Source: Octopus bimaculoides
Lineage: Eukaryota
Reading direction: 5' to 3'
DNA: 33,373 bases
Assembly: GCF_001194135.2 (NCBI RefSeq)
Contig: NC_068984.1
Location: 53,667,678 to 53,701,050, forward strand
Position numbers and translations under genes: made by a program. The notes under the pieces were generated by a model that ran no database searches, was not told the DNA's origin, and saw only the letters and a list, made by a program, of their open reading frames with translations. Below, piece after piece: positions 33,300 through 33,373 of this stretch (positions are counted from its first letter, which is position 1; each line of letters opens with the position of its first letter).

Positions 33300-33373
33300 G
33301 TTTCAAATAACACAAGGCCAGCGACTTCGGGGAAGGGGATAAGTCGATTTCATCGACCTCAGTGCTCAACTGG
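33300..33373 (-). mobile_element. SINE family A 3' end, cut by window edge
   Basis: cacaaggccagcgacttcggggaaggggataagtcgatttcatcgacctcagtgctcaactgg. Confidence 0.85.

Noticed and set aside
1-33373. CRISPR arrays, rRNA genes, prokaryotic operons or horizontally acquired genes
   Set aside because: No repeat-spacer arrays, rRNA motifs or long intact ORFs were seen; content is typical of repeat-rich animal DNA.

Overview
AT-rich, repeat-dominated eukaryotic DNA from a short-read assembly, with seven N-gaps that mostly sit beside microsatellites. The SINE families and microsatellite density point to a coleoid cephalopod, most likely Octopus (inference). I cannot identify an intact protein-coding or RNA gene, and most ORF-track entries are microsatellite or gap artefacts. 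The window holds: (i) about 18 SINE copies or fragments from three families, several with clear target-site duplications (TSDs); (ii) Tc1/mariner remnants, including a DD37D/maT-type copy with both terminal inverted repeats (TIRs) and TA TSDs (1280-2320); (iii) four R4/Dong-type (RLE) LINE fragments; (iv) L1/Tx1-like ORF1 (CCHC knuckle) and APE remnants; (v) a decayed Penelope-like element with RT and GIY-YIG domains (~30.7-32.2 kb) carrying an in-frame Ser/Asn microsatellite insert; (vi) two MITEs nested inside SINEs; (vii) several fold-back structures, the largest a 184-bp inverted pair interleaved with a ~95-bp direct repeat (9.4-10.1 kb). A few short candidate exons with canonical splice signals are reported only as low-confidence leads. 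No clearly novel biological system is evident.
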